64,000 nucleotides of DNA from Bdellovibrio sp. Its GTDB lineage: Bacteria; Bdellovibrionota; Bdellovibrionia; Bdellovibrionales; Bdellovibrionaceae. The position numbers and the translations under genes were made by a program. Numbering within the stretch: position 1 is the first letter of the stretch; every line of letters begins with the position of its first letter. Location of the stretch: NCBI GenBank assembly GCA_036677065.1, contig JAKFBS010000004.1:192001-256000 (forward strand). The letters run 5' to 3'. A model generated the notes under the pieces. It ran no database searches and was not told the DNA's origin. It saw nothing but the letters and a program-made list of their open reading frames with translations. Positions 29,899-39,728 of this stretch are shown piece after piece.

Positions 29899-30606
29899 GT
29901 GGCTAAAAAAATCCCCAGCAAATATCAACCCAAAGGATTTCGCATCCTTCATGAAGACCGTGATGTGATTGTCGGTAATAAAGCACCCGGCATTCTTACT
30001 GTGGGTGCTCTGTGGGAACAAGAAAACACCATTCATAATATTTTAAATCAGTACATTCGTAAGGGTAATTCCAGATCACGTGCTTGTGTGTTCGTGGTTC
30101 ATCGTTTAGATCAGGCGACCTCTGGCGCATTGATCTTTGCCAAAACTGAAGAAGTGCAGCAGTATTTAAAGAATAACTGGAAATCGACGGTTAAAACTTA
30201 TTTTGCCATCGTGCACGGGCTGTTAACGAAGAAATCGGGCATGATCGAAAGTTACCTATCAGAAGATGAAGATTATCATGTGCATTCAAGTCAGGATGCT
30301 GGTTCAGGAAAGCTTGCGCAAACTCAGTATGAAGTCTTAACTGAAGTGGCAGGATTTAGTTTAGTTAAAATTAATTTGCTGACGGGCAAGAAAAATCAGA
30401 TTCGTGTGCATATGGCTGAACTTGGTCACCCGGTTGTTGGTGACCCTAAGTATGGTAAAGCTAAAACTAAATTTAAAAACTTAGCTCTGCATTCAGCAAG
30501 TCTTGAGTTCACGCATCCGTTCACTCAGAAAAGAATTCTGATCAAGGCGAGTGTGCCGGCGTACTTTCATGATCTCATTCCTTTCGACTACAACAATATC
30601 AGTTAG
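29899..30606 (+). CDS. RluA-family pseudouridine synthase
   Basis: NKAPG, VHRLDQATSG and TGKKNQIRVH motifs. Confidence 0.9.
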   Translation: MAKKIPSKYQPKGFRILHEDRDVIVGNKAPGILTVGALWEQENTIHNILNQYIRKGNSRSRACVFVVHRLDQATSGALIFAKTEEVQQYLKNNWKSTVKTYFAIVHGLLTKKSGMIESYLSEDEDYHVHSSQDAGSGKLAQTQYEVLTEVAGFSLVKINLLTGKKNQIRVHMAELGHPVVGDPKYGKAKTKFKNLALHSASLEFTHPFTQKRILIKASVPAYFHDLIPFDYNNIS

Positions 30607-30706
30607 CTTTCAAAATCAATACACTTGCATTTTCACTGCGTTTTCAATTTTAGAGATATTTCGGCAAAGATTTGTTTTTTACATTCTCTGGCACTAACCA
30701 TAGGGC

Positions 30707-31333
30707 ATGAAAAAAACAGGAAAAACCGCTCGCTTTAAATTACAACGTCGTCTTTTAACAGAACTTCCAGGTTTAGGAAAAGCCGGAGCGCTTGAACGTC
30801 GTCCATACCCACCAGGCCAACATGGTGGTAAACGTATTAAATATTCAGATTACCGCTTACAATTAGAAGAAAAACAAAAAGTTCGTGTTCATTACGGAAT
30901 CCGTGAAGAACAATTGATCCGCTTAGTTCAATTAGCTAAAAAGAATAAGTCTGGCGGCAAATGGATCAATTCTTTAATTAACATTTTAGAAAAACGCATT
31001 GATAATATCGTTTTTCGTGCTGGCTTTGCACCAAGCATGCGTGCAGCTTCGCAAATGATTTCGCATGGCCAGGTTTTAGTTAACGGCAAAAAAGTTAATA
31101 TTCGCTCTGTAAAAATCAAAGTTGGTGATGTAGTTTCAATCACTGCAAAAGGCTTAACTAATCAAATCTTTTTGCACTCTAATCAAAGTCCACGTTTAAC
31201 TTTACCAGACTGGTTAGATAAAGATGTTTCTGACACTAAAGCCTCTGTGACATTGAAAGACGAACCAGATTTAGGCTCAGTGCCATTTGCATTAGACGAA
31301 GCATTAGTAACATCGTACTACTCAAAGGCGTAA
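30707..31333 (+). CDS. rpsD: 30S ribosomal protein S4 (stand-alone, Cys-free copy)
   Basis: RRPYPPGQHG, SDYRLQLEEKQK, EKRIDNIVFRAG; not in the rpsM-rpsK-rpoA operon. Confidence 0.9.
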   Translation: MKKTGKTARFKLQRRLLTELPGLGKAGALERRPYPPGQHGGKRIKYSDYRLQLEEKQKVRVHYGIREEQLIRLVQLAKKNKSGGKWINSLINILEKRIDNIVFRAGFAPSMRAASQMISHGQVLVNGKKVNIRSVKIKVGDVVSITAKGLTNQIFLHSNQSPRLTLPDWLDKDVSDTKASVTLKDEPDLGSVPFALDEALVTSYYSKA

Positions 31334-31338
31334 TTTTT

Positions 31339-31560
31339 ATGGCGACAAAATTAAATGATGGCGATTTAAGTTGTTACGCGATTGATGATGACACGGCCGT
31401 GATTTCAGTTAAAGAGCAAAAGTTTGTTGTTGATTATTCAACACTGATGGATTTTTTAACTGAACTTGCCGTTGTGGCCGCACAAGTTGAAAATGCAGCG
31501 ATGAGTGCAACTGCAGAACAAGAGCAACTGGAAACTTGCGCTTGTGTAAGATTGCACTAA
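31339..31560 (+). CDS. Small acidic hypothetical protein
   Basis: 73-aa ORF 5 bp downstream of rpsD on the same strand. Confidence 0.55.
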   Translation: MATKLNDGDLSCYAIDDDTAVISVKEQKFVVDYSTLMDFLTELAVVAAQVENAAMSATAEQEQLETCACVRLH

Positions 31561-31648
31561 TTTCGTTTCATCTTGAGACTTTTTTAATGAGTTCTTAACA
31601 GCTGACACGAATATTTTCTAAGGTGGTTGCTAAGTTGGATTTTAGACC

Positions 31649-31676
31649 TATTGCTAAAGTAAGCAAATGCCGAAAA
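31649..31676 (+). promoter_or_regulatory. sigma28-like promoter, leaderless
   Basis: TATTG-N15-GCCGAAAA, 7 nt before GTG 31684. Confidence 0.5.
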
Positions 31677-31683
31677 ATAGAGA

Positions 31684-34600
31684 GTGGAACGTCGCTGTAA
31701 CTACCGCTTAACATTACTATTTTTTGCGCTATTTTTTTCAATAGCCGCATCGGCATCACCACAGGTTACAACTTACCAAGCACGCATCGTAAAGCCTGAT
31801 GGCTTACCTTTAGAAACTGCCAACGTTAATTTTAAATTTTCTGTACTAAATCCAGTTGCTGATTGCGTTTTGTATGCTGAAACCTTTTCAGCGATCAATA
31901 TGGCAAATTCTGCAGGTATTATTTCATTCACGTTAGGCTCTGGTGTAAAAACTTATCCGGTAAGTGCCACAACATTTGCGCAGGTTTTTAATAATTCAAC
32001 GCCCGCGCTTTCTTGTGATGCGGGTGGCCCGCCAAATTATTCTCCGCTATCTTTTGATGTTCGCAAAGTAGTCATGCAGTTCAATGATGGAGCTGGTTGG
32101 CAAACACTTCCGGCAATGTCGATCAATGCTGTTCCGTATTCGATCTATTCTGGTGATTCACTTCGTTTAGGCGGAGTCAGCGCAACTAATTATATTCAAT
32201 ACTCAACGATACCTACTTGCACAACTTCGCAAGCTATTCGTTACGATGGTTCAAGTTTTTCTTGTGTCACTTTAGCCAGCGGTGGTGGCGCATCCGGTAC
32301 AATTACTTCGGCTGATGTGACAACGGCTCTCGGGTATACTCCGGCAAATATCTCAACGGTAGGTACTTCGTTTTCGACGGTGACTTCGACGATAAATTCG
32401 TTAGGCAGTTCAGTGACCACGTTTTCAACGGCGATCGGTTCATTATCAACTTCATTGACAGCACTCAGTGCAGCGGTCAGCAGCATCACCAGTTCGCAGT
32501 GGACGACCAGTGGCCCGGCAATATTTTATAATTCTGGAAGTGTCGGTATCGGAACAAGTGCTCCGGCGGCAGCCTTAGAGGTCAGTGCCGCAAACTCTGG
32601 AACTAGAATTTTAGTAACGAATACAGATTCAACTGCGTCTAGATATCCAGGCGTAACTGTACATAATTATTTCGGCACTGCGGTCGGGGGCCATCCTTCT
32701 TTTTCAATGACAAGTTTTGGCGGATCACAAGATTCTGTTTCTGCTTTTACACCATCGAAAACAGCAGGAGCATTTCTAATTAGCGCCCATGATGGAACTG
32801 CCGTGCGAGAACTCGGCGGAATTCGGCTTTCAACTGGCGCAAGTTTTTCTGCAACTGACCGTGAAGCCGATATGTTTTTTAGCACTAGCGATGGAGTTTC
32901 TGGATCCATTACTAAAATGACGTTATCGCGTGAAGGAAACTTAGGAATCGGAATAACTACTCCAGTCACAAAATTAGATGTTAGCGGTGGTGTGCGCATC
33001 GGTATGGAACCAGCATCATGTGCTGCCGCTTTAGCGGGTACATTAAGGTATACTTCTGGCAATGTTGAATACTGTGATGGCACAACATGGAGTGCGTTTG
33101 GTGTAGCTGGTTCAGGGTTAGCAACTTTTAATGGTTCAACATCAACGACGCAAACTTTAGCTACGGGATCTGGTGGAACAGCTCCGTTATTTTCATCGCT
33201 TAATGGTGTGCACACCATTAATATTCCAAATGCAGCATCTGCTGCTGTAACTGCAGGACTTTTAACAAATGCAGATTATCAAATTTTTACAAATAAAATG
33301 AATGCAACCAGTGCCGCAGTGATTTCGGCATTAGGTTATACTCCGGCAAGTGTGACAGCTCATGTTATGGCAACTTACCAAGTGCGAGTCGCGACTAGTG
33401 CCAATATCACTTTATCAGGAAATCAAACCATCGATGGCATAAGTGTTGTTGCTGGTGATCGTGTCTTAGTTAAAAATCAATCTGCACAGCAAGAAAACGG
33501 TGTGTATGTTGCAAGTGCTGGTGCATGGACACGTGCAGTAGATATAAATACGTGGGAAAAAACTATCGGCTACAAAGCTCACGTTGCAGAAGGTGCAGCT
33601 TGGGAAGGAATGACTTTTTCTTCAAACACATCGGTGGGCGGAACTCTTGATAGCACAGTTTTTGAGTGGAGTTCTGCAGGTAGCACAAACATCAGTTTAA
33701 ATACAGCGCAGGGCTTTAGTGCGCTTGGTGCAAATACGACAGGAACAACAAATGCTGCGTATGGGCCAGGAACTCTGGCTTTAAATACAACCGGATCAGC
33801 GAATACAGCCAATGGATATCGTGCTCTTTTTTCAAATTCAACGGGATCATATAATACAGCCAACGGAGCAATTTCACTTTTTTCAAATATTTCGGGATCA
33901 TATAATACGGCCAACGGATATCGTAGTCTTTACTTTAATACCGGAAGTTACAATACGGCGACAGGTTATCGTTCTCTTTATTTAAATTCTACAGGAATTA
34001 ATAATACAGCCAACGGTTATAATGCTCTGACAAATACGACGACCGGCAGTAATAATACAGGAATTGGTTTTAGCGCGGGAAGCGCGATCACTACCGGAAG
34101 TAACAACGTCGTCATTGGTTCAAACACAGGTTCAAGTTTTGCGACAGATTCAAATAATATTTCAATCAGTGATGGTTCGGGTAACGAACGAATTCGCGTG
34201 GTCTCAAGCGGTAATGTGGGGATTGGAACGACAACACCGGTAACAGCACTTCAAGTTTCAGGTGGTGTACGCATCAGCATGGAATCTGCTATTTGTGCCA
34301 CAAGTTATGCGGGAACTTTACGTTATAATTCTGGCAACGTGGAATTTTGTAACGGTGCAAGCTGGTCGGCTTTCGGTGCAGCTGGTGCTGGGATAACAAA
34401 TTTCAATGGTTCAACTTCCGGCTCACAAACTTTTGTCAATGGTACGACAGGTACAGCTCCTTTATTTGTAACCACTAATGGCGTGCATACATTAAATATT
34501 CCACTTGCATCAGCAGGTTCAGTTACGGCGGGCCTTTTATCGAATGCGGATTACACAACGTTCATGAATAAGATGACATCAAGTTCTGCAAGTATCGCAC

Positions 34601-37600
34601 AAGCGTTAGGTTATACACCAGCAGCCAGTGGTGCGATCGCTATTGCTGATTTAACAGATGCATACACTAATTCTAACGACAGTATTTTTATCGGTGTCGG
34701 TACACCCCAATCGGGGACAACATCCAATAATACAGCGCTCGGAGTAAGTGCTTTAGCGTTGCTTACCGACGGTTCAGAAAACGTCGCGATCGGCAATGAA
34801 GCTTTGTACAGTAATACCAGCGGTTATGCCAATACCGCAATTGGGTGGGAATCTTTATTTTCTAATACTACGGGTGGAAATAACACTTCTGTGGGTAATG
34901 AATCAATGGCTGCGAATACGACAGGTTATTCTAATAGTGCGCTCGGAAGCTGGGCTTTATATAGAAATACAACTGGTGGCTTCAACGTAGCTCTTGGTGA
35001 GGCCGCCATAGATTATAATACGAGTGGTAATTATAACATTGGTATTGGTGTGACAGCGGGACGTTATAATACCAATGGCAATTACAATACTTTTCTTGGA
35101 TCAAACGCTGGACGAGGTCAAGGAACTAATCTTTCAAATGTTTCAGGAAGCACTTTGGTTGGTTACAGTGCGGGATCCAATATTCTTACTGGCGCGAATG
35201 GCAATACACTTTTAGGTTATAAAGTGGGTGATAATATCACAACCGGATCTAAGAACATCGTCATCGGTTATGATATCGATGCCACAGCAGCTACGGCTTC
35301 TGACACATTAAACATTGGAAATCTTATTTTTGCTACAGGAGTAAATGGTGTTGGTACGACGATTTCTACAGGCAACGTCGGAATTGGCATCACTGACCCA
35401 AAAGCCATATTACATTTAAAAGCAGGAACCACAGCGGCCAATACGGCTCCTTTGAAATTTACAAGCGGAACATTGCTAACCTCTCCAGAATCAGGGACTG
35501 TTGAATATGATGGAACTAATTTATATTTCACTGACAGTACAAATATCCGTAGAACGATCGCATCGACAGCTGGTGCAGGAACATACGATAGCGCTTCACT
35601 GATTTCAAATTCTGGTAATATCACGATGTATCCAAATAGCGGAGCGGGCAGCGTTATTGTATCTGCCACAACGGCTTCAACGAATCCACAAACTGGGGCC
35701 TTAGTTGTAAAAGGTGGTGTAGGTGTTACAGGAGATATTAATGCATCAGGCACAATCAACGCGACAGTAGGCTTAGTTGCGCCATTAGTTGTCGGAAGCA
35801 ATGTCTCGAGCGGAAGTTTAATTTTAAATTCAACGACTCATGCCAATAAAGGAAATATTTATATTTCACCGCAAGACGCCGGTAAAGTGGCGATCGGTAA
35901 CGTAGACCCATTGGTGGGTTTGCATGTGCAAAAACCAGGTCCACTTAATTTAGTCGCGGTATTTCAAGCCGGCGCAAGTTCGGGATCAATCGCTTTAGGA
36001 ACCAATGCAACTTACCCAGCATCAGGCGGGCAAGTGCAAGGATTGGATGGTTCAGGTGCAGCAGGCACATTAGTGTTAAATGCAATCGGTGGTAATGTTG
36101 GCGTCGGCACAGCAGCGCCTTTAGCGCCTCTTCATGTTAAAAGACCTTTTGGTTCTGGTCAGTCGTTACTCTTAGAGGGCGACTCTGCAACGACTGGAAC
36201 TCCAAAACTTACATTTTTAGATACTAACGGTGGATCTACGCAAGGCCATCTTGGATTCGATGCCACAAATGGTTTTAGCATGATGGGTGGTAAGGTTGGT
36301 ATCGGTACTGTGTCTCCAGCAGGTGTGCTCGAAATTAATACTCCAGATGCAACGCCAAATATTTTATTAAGCCGTACAGCTATGGCAACCAAATGGGCTA
36401 TTCGTAATTCAAATAATGGCGTGAGTGACACGTTGTTAATCGGAGATAATGCAAATAATCTATCAGGCATTTCTATTGAAGCATCGGGCCGCGTAGGAAT
36501 TGGGTTAACAATACCAGTAACTAAATTAGATGTATCCGGTGCAATTCGCATCAGTGATGATCAAACCGCGTGTACTTCAGCAAACAAAGGGGCGATGCGT
36601 TTTAATCAGTCGACAAATATTTTTGAAATGTGTGATGGAACTTCGTGGAATATCTCTGCCAGTGCCGATTTAATTCCTGCAAGTTCGATTGTGCTGATGT
36701 CAGCGTGTCCAGTAGGTTGGACAAATAATGGACTAGCTGCAGTTGCCGGGCCTGGGGCGGTAACATGTAATGGTATTACTTGCAGTCTTTGTCAGGCGCC
36801 AAGTGCTTCGCTCGTGCCAGCAAATTCAAATATGTTAATGGAATCTTGCCCGTCGGGTTGGGCAACCGTGAGTAAAGCCGGAGGCCCGGGTCGTTCTGGT
36901 TATGCTCTTGGCGGCAGCTTGGTTGATTTTGTGACTTGCCAATCTCCGGCGATAAGTTCTGTTATGCCCAAAGGTAGTCGTCTGATAATGCAATTTTGTC
37001 CGGCGGCGTGGAATGATTTAGGTGATACAGGGCCAACGCAAATTCTGGCAAATTGCGGAGCGATATCTTGTCGTGTGTGTGAAGTTCCAGGTGGCGTAGC
37101 AAATCCAAGAGTGCTTTACGGTGGTACGGCTAGTGGTTCTGCAGCTCTTGGGTCTGAAGTAAGTATTATCGGCGGGCGTGGTGGTTCAACATCTGGTTGG
37201 GGTGGTCCTGTAAATATTCGTGGTGGGACGTCAACCGAAGGTCAAGGCGGATCAGTGTTTATTAATGCAGGAGTCGCATCAACAACAACGAACACTAGCT
37301 ATGCAGGGGCATCTATTTATTTAGAAGCGGGTGATGGTGTTGTTAGTGGTATCGGAGGAGTAATCAGTTTAAAAGCTGGCAAATCAGTAGATGGAATCTA
37401 CGAAGATATTCATTTGCAATCCACTGGTGGTCGTGTTGGCATCGGTACGACAAATGCCGAACAACGACTTCACGTTGCGGGTAACTCAACACTGTTAGGT
37501 TCATTACAAACAAATATTTCAGCTTATGCCAGTGGTGGTATTCGCTTAACTGGCAATGGCGGTGCCTCACAAGAAGCGATTTCTTTCTGGGGTGGTAATA

Positions 37601-38772
37601 GTGGCGGTGGTGCCGCGATTGCTTTTAGACGCGATGATAATTTAGGAAGTTATCTTGATTTTTACACAGACAATACCGGTTTCGGAAACATCACCCACGC
37701 AGCGACACTTAATAATTTAGGTAATTTTGGTATAGGAACAGCTTCGCCAACCACTAGATTGCATGTAGCAAACTCTTCAACAGTAACAAATGCAGTCGCT
37801 ACTTTAGAATCGACCGGTGCTGGCGGCAGACCTTACATGAAATTTCGCGGCGACGGTGCAGATATGGGTTATGTCGGTTACGGCAGTACGGCTCAGCCCA
37901 ATTTAATTCTTATGAACTATGCTTCTGGCCCGACCTACTTAGGAACAAATTCATTAATTCGCATGAGCATTACATCTTCAGGAGCCGTTGGTATCGGCAC
38001 GCAAACACCAGAAAATTTATTAGATGTCGCCGGCACGGCACAAGTAAATTACTTAAGAGTAGATGCATCTGATGCGATCAGTGAGGGCGGAGAAATCCAG
38101 TTAATAGGTTCACCGACTTACACAAATCTTCAGTTAGATAATTTTCAGGGAAATTTCAGAGTACACACTTTAGCTGCCGGTAAAAAGATGCAGGTTCTGG
38201 GTGGCACGATGTCAGTTGAAGGTACTGGCGGCACAAATTATTTTGCTGCAGCAGTGGGTATTGGTAATCCGTCACCAGCAGTTGCTTTGGATGTGACCGG
38301 TGATATCCGCGGTACAGGTACTGTGGCGACTTGGTCAGATTTGCGCACAAAGAAAAATATTAAAGTGATTCCTGATTCACTAAATAAAATTTTGCATCTT
38401 CGAGGTGTGGGTTTTGATTGGCGCACTGATGAATTTCCAGATAAAAAATTTAAAACGACACCTGATATCGGGGTAATTGCCCAAGAAGTTGAAAAAGTAT
38501 TTCCTGAAGTTGTTAAAACTTCATCTGATGGTTATAAATCTGTTGGGTATGCGCAGTTAGTGGCTCCGTTAATTGAAGCGGTCAAAGAACTTTATCACAA
38601 AATCACAGGCGTCGAACGTAAAGTTGATCGCACCGTAGCCGCAGTCGCAAGTATCGAAGCTAAAAAAGCGGATAAAATTGAAGTGGATGCTTTAAAAGCT
38701 GAAAATGCAGAGCTAAAATCCCGTTTAGAGCGTCTTGAAAAAATGATGCTAAATCAGCAAAAATCGAAATAA
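31684..38772 (+). CDS. Second giant MAT-like trimeric fibre with S74 chaperone
   Basis: N-terminal domain paralogous to 435-6971 (TTYQARI..P, MQFND..GWQTLPAMSINAVPY); GNVGIGT and NTANG repeats; WSDLRTKKNI...GVIAQEVEKVFPE S74 domain and coiled coil. Confidence 0.9.
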   Translation: MERRCNYRLTLLFFALFFSIAASASPQVTTYQARIVKPDGLPLETANVNFKFSVLNPVADCVLYAETFSAINMANSAGIISFTLGSGVKTYPVSATTFAQVFNNSTPALSCDAGGPPNYSPLSFDVRKVVMQFNDGAGWQTLPAMSINAVPYSIYSGDSLRLGGVSATNYIQYSTIPTCTTSQAIRYDGSSFSCVTLASGGGASGTITSADVTTALGYTPANISTVGTSFSTVTSTINSLGSSVTTFSTAIGSLSTSLTALSAAVSSITSSQWTTSGPAIFYNSGSVGIGTSAPAAALEVSAANSGTRILVTNTDSTASRYPGVTVHNYFGTAVGGHPSFSMTSFGGSQDSVSAFTPSKTAGAFLISAHDGTAVRELGGIRLSTGASFSATDREADMFFSTSDGVSGSITKMTLSREGNLGIGITTPVTKLDVSGGVRIGMEPASCAAALAGTLRYTSGNVEYCDGTTWSAFGVAGSGLATFNGSTSTTQTLATGSGGTAPLFSSLNGVHTINIPNAASAAVTAGLLTNADYQIFTNKMNATSAAVISALGYTPASVTAHVMATYQVRVATSANITLSGNQTIDGISVVAGDRVLVKNQSAQQENGVYVASAGAWTRAVDINTWEKTIGYKAHVAEGAAWEGMTFSSNTSVGGTLDSTVFEWSSAGSTNISLNTAQGFSALGANTTGTTNAAYGPGTLALNTTGSANTANGYRALFSNSTGSYNTANGAISLFSNISGSYNTANGYRSLYFNTGSYNTATGYRSLYLNSTGINNTANGYNALTNTTTGSNNTGIGFSAGSAITTGSNNVVIGSNTGSSFATDSNNISISDGSGNERIRVVSSGNVGIGTTTPVTALQVSGGVRISMESAICATSYAGTLRYNSGNVEFCNGASWSAFGAAGAGITNFNGSTSGSQTFVNGTTGTAPLFVTTNGVHTLNIPLASAGSVTAGLLSNADYTTFMNKMTSSSASIAQALGYTPAASGAIAIADLTDAYTNSNDSIFIGVGTPQSGTTSNNTALGVSALALLTDGSENVAIGNEALYSNTSGYANTAIGWESLFSNTTGGNNTSVGNESMAANTTGYSNSALGSWALYRNTTGGFNVALGEAAIDYNTSGNYNIGIGVTAGRYNTNGNYNTFLGSNAGRGQGTNLSNVSGSTLVGYSAGSNILTGANGNTLLGYKVGDNITTGSKNIVIGYDIDATAATASDTLNIGNLIFATGVNGVGTTISTGNVGIGITDPKAILHLKAGTTAANTAPLKFTSGTLLTSPESGTVEYDGTNLYFTDSTNIRRTIASTAGAGTYDSASLISNSGNITMYPNSGAGSVIVSATTASTNPQTGALVVKGGVGVTGDINASGTINATVGLVAPLVVGSNVSSGSLILNSTTHANKGNIYISPQDAGKVAIGNVDPLVGLHVQKPGPLNLVAVFQAGASSGSIALGTNATYPASGGQVQGLDGSGAAGTLVLNAIGGNVGVGTAAPLAPLHVKRPFGSGQSLLLEGDSATTGTPKLTFLDTNGGSTQGHLGFDATNGFSMMGGKVGIGTVSPAGVLEINTPDATPNILLSRTAMATKWAIRNSNNGVSDTLLIGDNANNLSGISIEASGRVGIGLTIPVTKLDVSGAIRISDDQTACTSANKGAMRFNQSTNIFEMCDGTSWNISASADLIPASSIVLMSACPVGWTNNGLAAVAGPGAVTCNGITCSLCQAPSASLVPANSNMLMESCPSGWATVSKAGGPGRSGYALGGSLVDFVTCQSPAISSVMPKGSRLIMQFCPAAWNDLGDTGPTQILANCGAISCRVCEVPGGVANPRVLYGGTASGSAALGSEVSIIGGRGGSTSGWGGPVNIRGGTSTEGQGGSVFINAGVASTTTNTSYAGASIYLEAGDGVVSGIGGVISLKAGKSVDGIYEDIHLQSTGGRVGIGTTNAEQRLHVAGNSTLLGSLQTNISAYASGGIRLTGNGGASQEAISFWGGNSGGGAAIAFRRDDNLGSYLDFYTDNTGFGNITHAATLNNLGNFGIGTASPTTRLHVANSSTVTNAVATLESTGAGGRPYMKFRGDGADMGYVGYGSTAQPNLILMNYASGPTYLGTNSLIRMSITSSGAVGIGTQTPENLLDVAGTAQVNYLRVDASDAISEGGEIQLIGSPTYTNLQLDNFQGNFRVHTLAAGKKMQVLGGTMSVEGTGGTNYFAAAVGIGNPSPAVALDVTGDIRGTGTVATWSDLRTKKNIKVIPDSLNKILHLRGVGFDWRTDEFPDKKFKTTPDIGVIAQEVEKVFPEVVKTSSDGYKSVGYAQLVAPLIEAVKELYHKITGVERKVDRTVAAVASIEAKKADKIEVDALKAENAELKSRLERLEKMMLNQQKSK

Positions 38773-38896
38773 TTATTAAGTTCAGATCATTCCAATGATC
38801 GTCAATCTTCCGATTCAGCTTTGCCTTTTTCGATGTATTATATTGGCTTTCATATTCCGGATTCCAACCCGCAAGCCTCCTCATTTCGTTATTACC

Positions 38897-38909
38897 GGGG
38901 CACCGCCCC
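38897..38909. repeat. REP-like GC hairpin GGGGC-ACC-GCCCC upstream of the transposase
   Basis: Exact reverse complement at 39339-39351; 10-bp partial copy at 39083-39092. Confidence 0.65.
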
Positions 38910-38938
38910 TGAACGTCTTATTGCATTGGTTCACGTCC

Positions 38939-39571
38939 ATGCAACAAACATCTTTTTTAAGAACTCATCGAATTTCTAAATTTCACGGAGGAGAACCTTC
39001 TATTGGACGTCGGCGTGCGCGCAGGCCCCTGACGACGAAACTTCCGATTCATGTGACGTTACGCTCTGATTTTGCCTTCGGCGGGCGGTGCCTTATGAAA
39101 CACCGCAAACTGATCTACGCAATTCTTCGGAAGGCCTCGAAACGATTTAATATTTCAATCTACGAACGCGCGATTTGCGGCAATCATATTCATCTTTTAG
39201 TGCGGGGAAAAAAGCGCATAGACTTGCAGAATTTTTTTCGGGTCGTGGCTGGTCATATTGCTCAGCAGATCTTGCTTCAGTTTCCGATCCGTCAAAACGA
39301 GCGATTAGCTACGAAATTACTGAATCGCCGTAATCAATGGGGCGGTGCCCCCGCCGTCCCTGAAAATAAATGTAAGCACCCGAAGAATCAGTATAAGTTT
39401 TGGCAAGCGTTGCTGTTTTCAAGACTGCTTTCAGGATGGGGGCGCGAGTATCAAAGCGTGAAAAAATATATCGTGCAGAATACATTACAGGCGCTGAAAC
39501 TTATTCCCTATCAACAACGCAAAAAACGCTACAATGGTCAATATAACCAAAAAGTGAATAATACTTCATAA
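38939..39571 (+). mobile_element. Y1/HUH transposase (IS200/IS605 TnpA or REP-associated RAYT-like)
   Basis: HVTLRS, GNHIHLLV (HUH), KFWQ and KKYIVQN (catalytic Tyr). Probable start ATG 38939. No tnpB follows. Confidence 0.8.
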
Positions 39572-39673
39572 GTAAGAATACTTCGTTTTGTGGCCTGATA
39601 TGGCTTGCGTAAAGAGCGTCAAAACTTTCGACACTGTTTGTAGTCAATAGGGTAAAACTTTTACGTGAACTGT

Positions 39674-39689
39674 TGGCCTTGCAATCGCA
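39674..39689 (+). promoter_or_regulatory. sigma54-like promoter
   Basis: TGGCCTTGCAATCGCA upstream of the amylase gene. Confidence 0.45.
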
Positions 39690-39728
39690 TTCCCACAGAG
39701 TGAAAAACACCTGCTAAAGTCTTAAGTT

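Noticed and set aside
33760..34060. Regular AATACAGCCAACGG-like repeats as a CRISPR-like array
   Set aside because: They are in-frame 13-14-aa NTANG beta-helix repeats of the fibre; no cas genes are present.
435..38772. Prophage interpretation of the tail-fibre/S74 genes
   Set aside because: Both genes have signal peptides and host-type promoters, and there is no integrase, capsid, terminase or other phage gene nearby.
38795..38938. 48-aa N-terminal extension of the transposase ORF
   Set aside because: It does not look protein-like and spans the upstream hairpin; ATG 38939 is the more plausible start.
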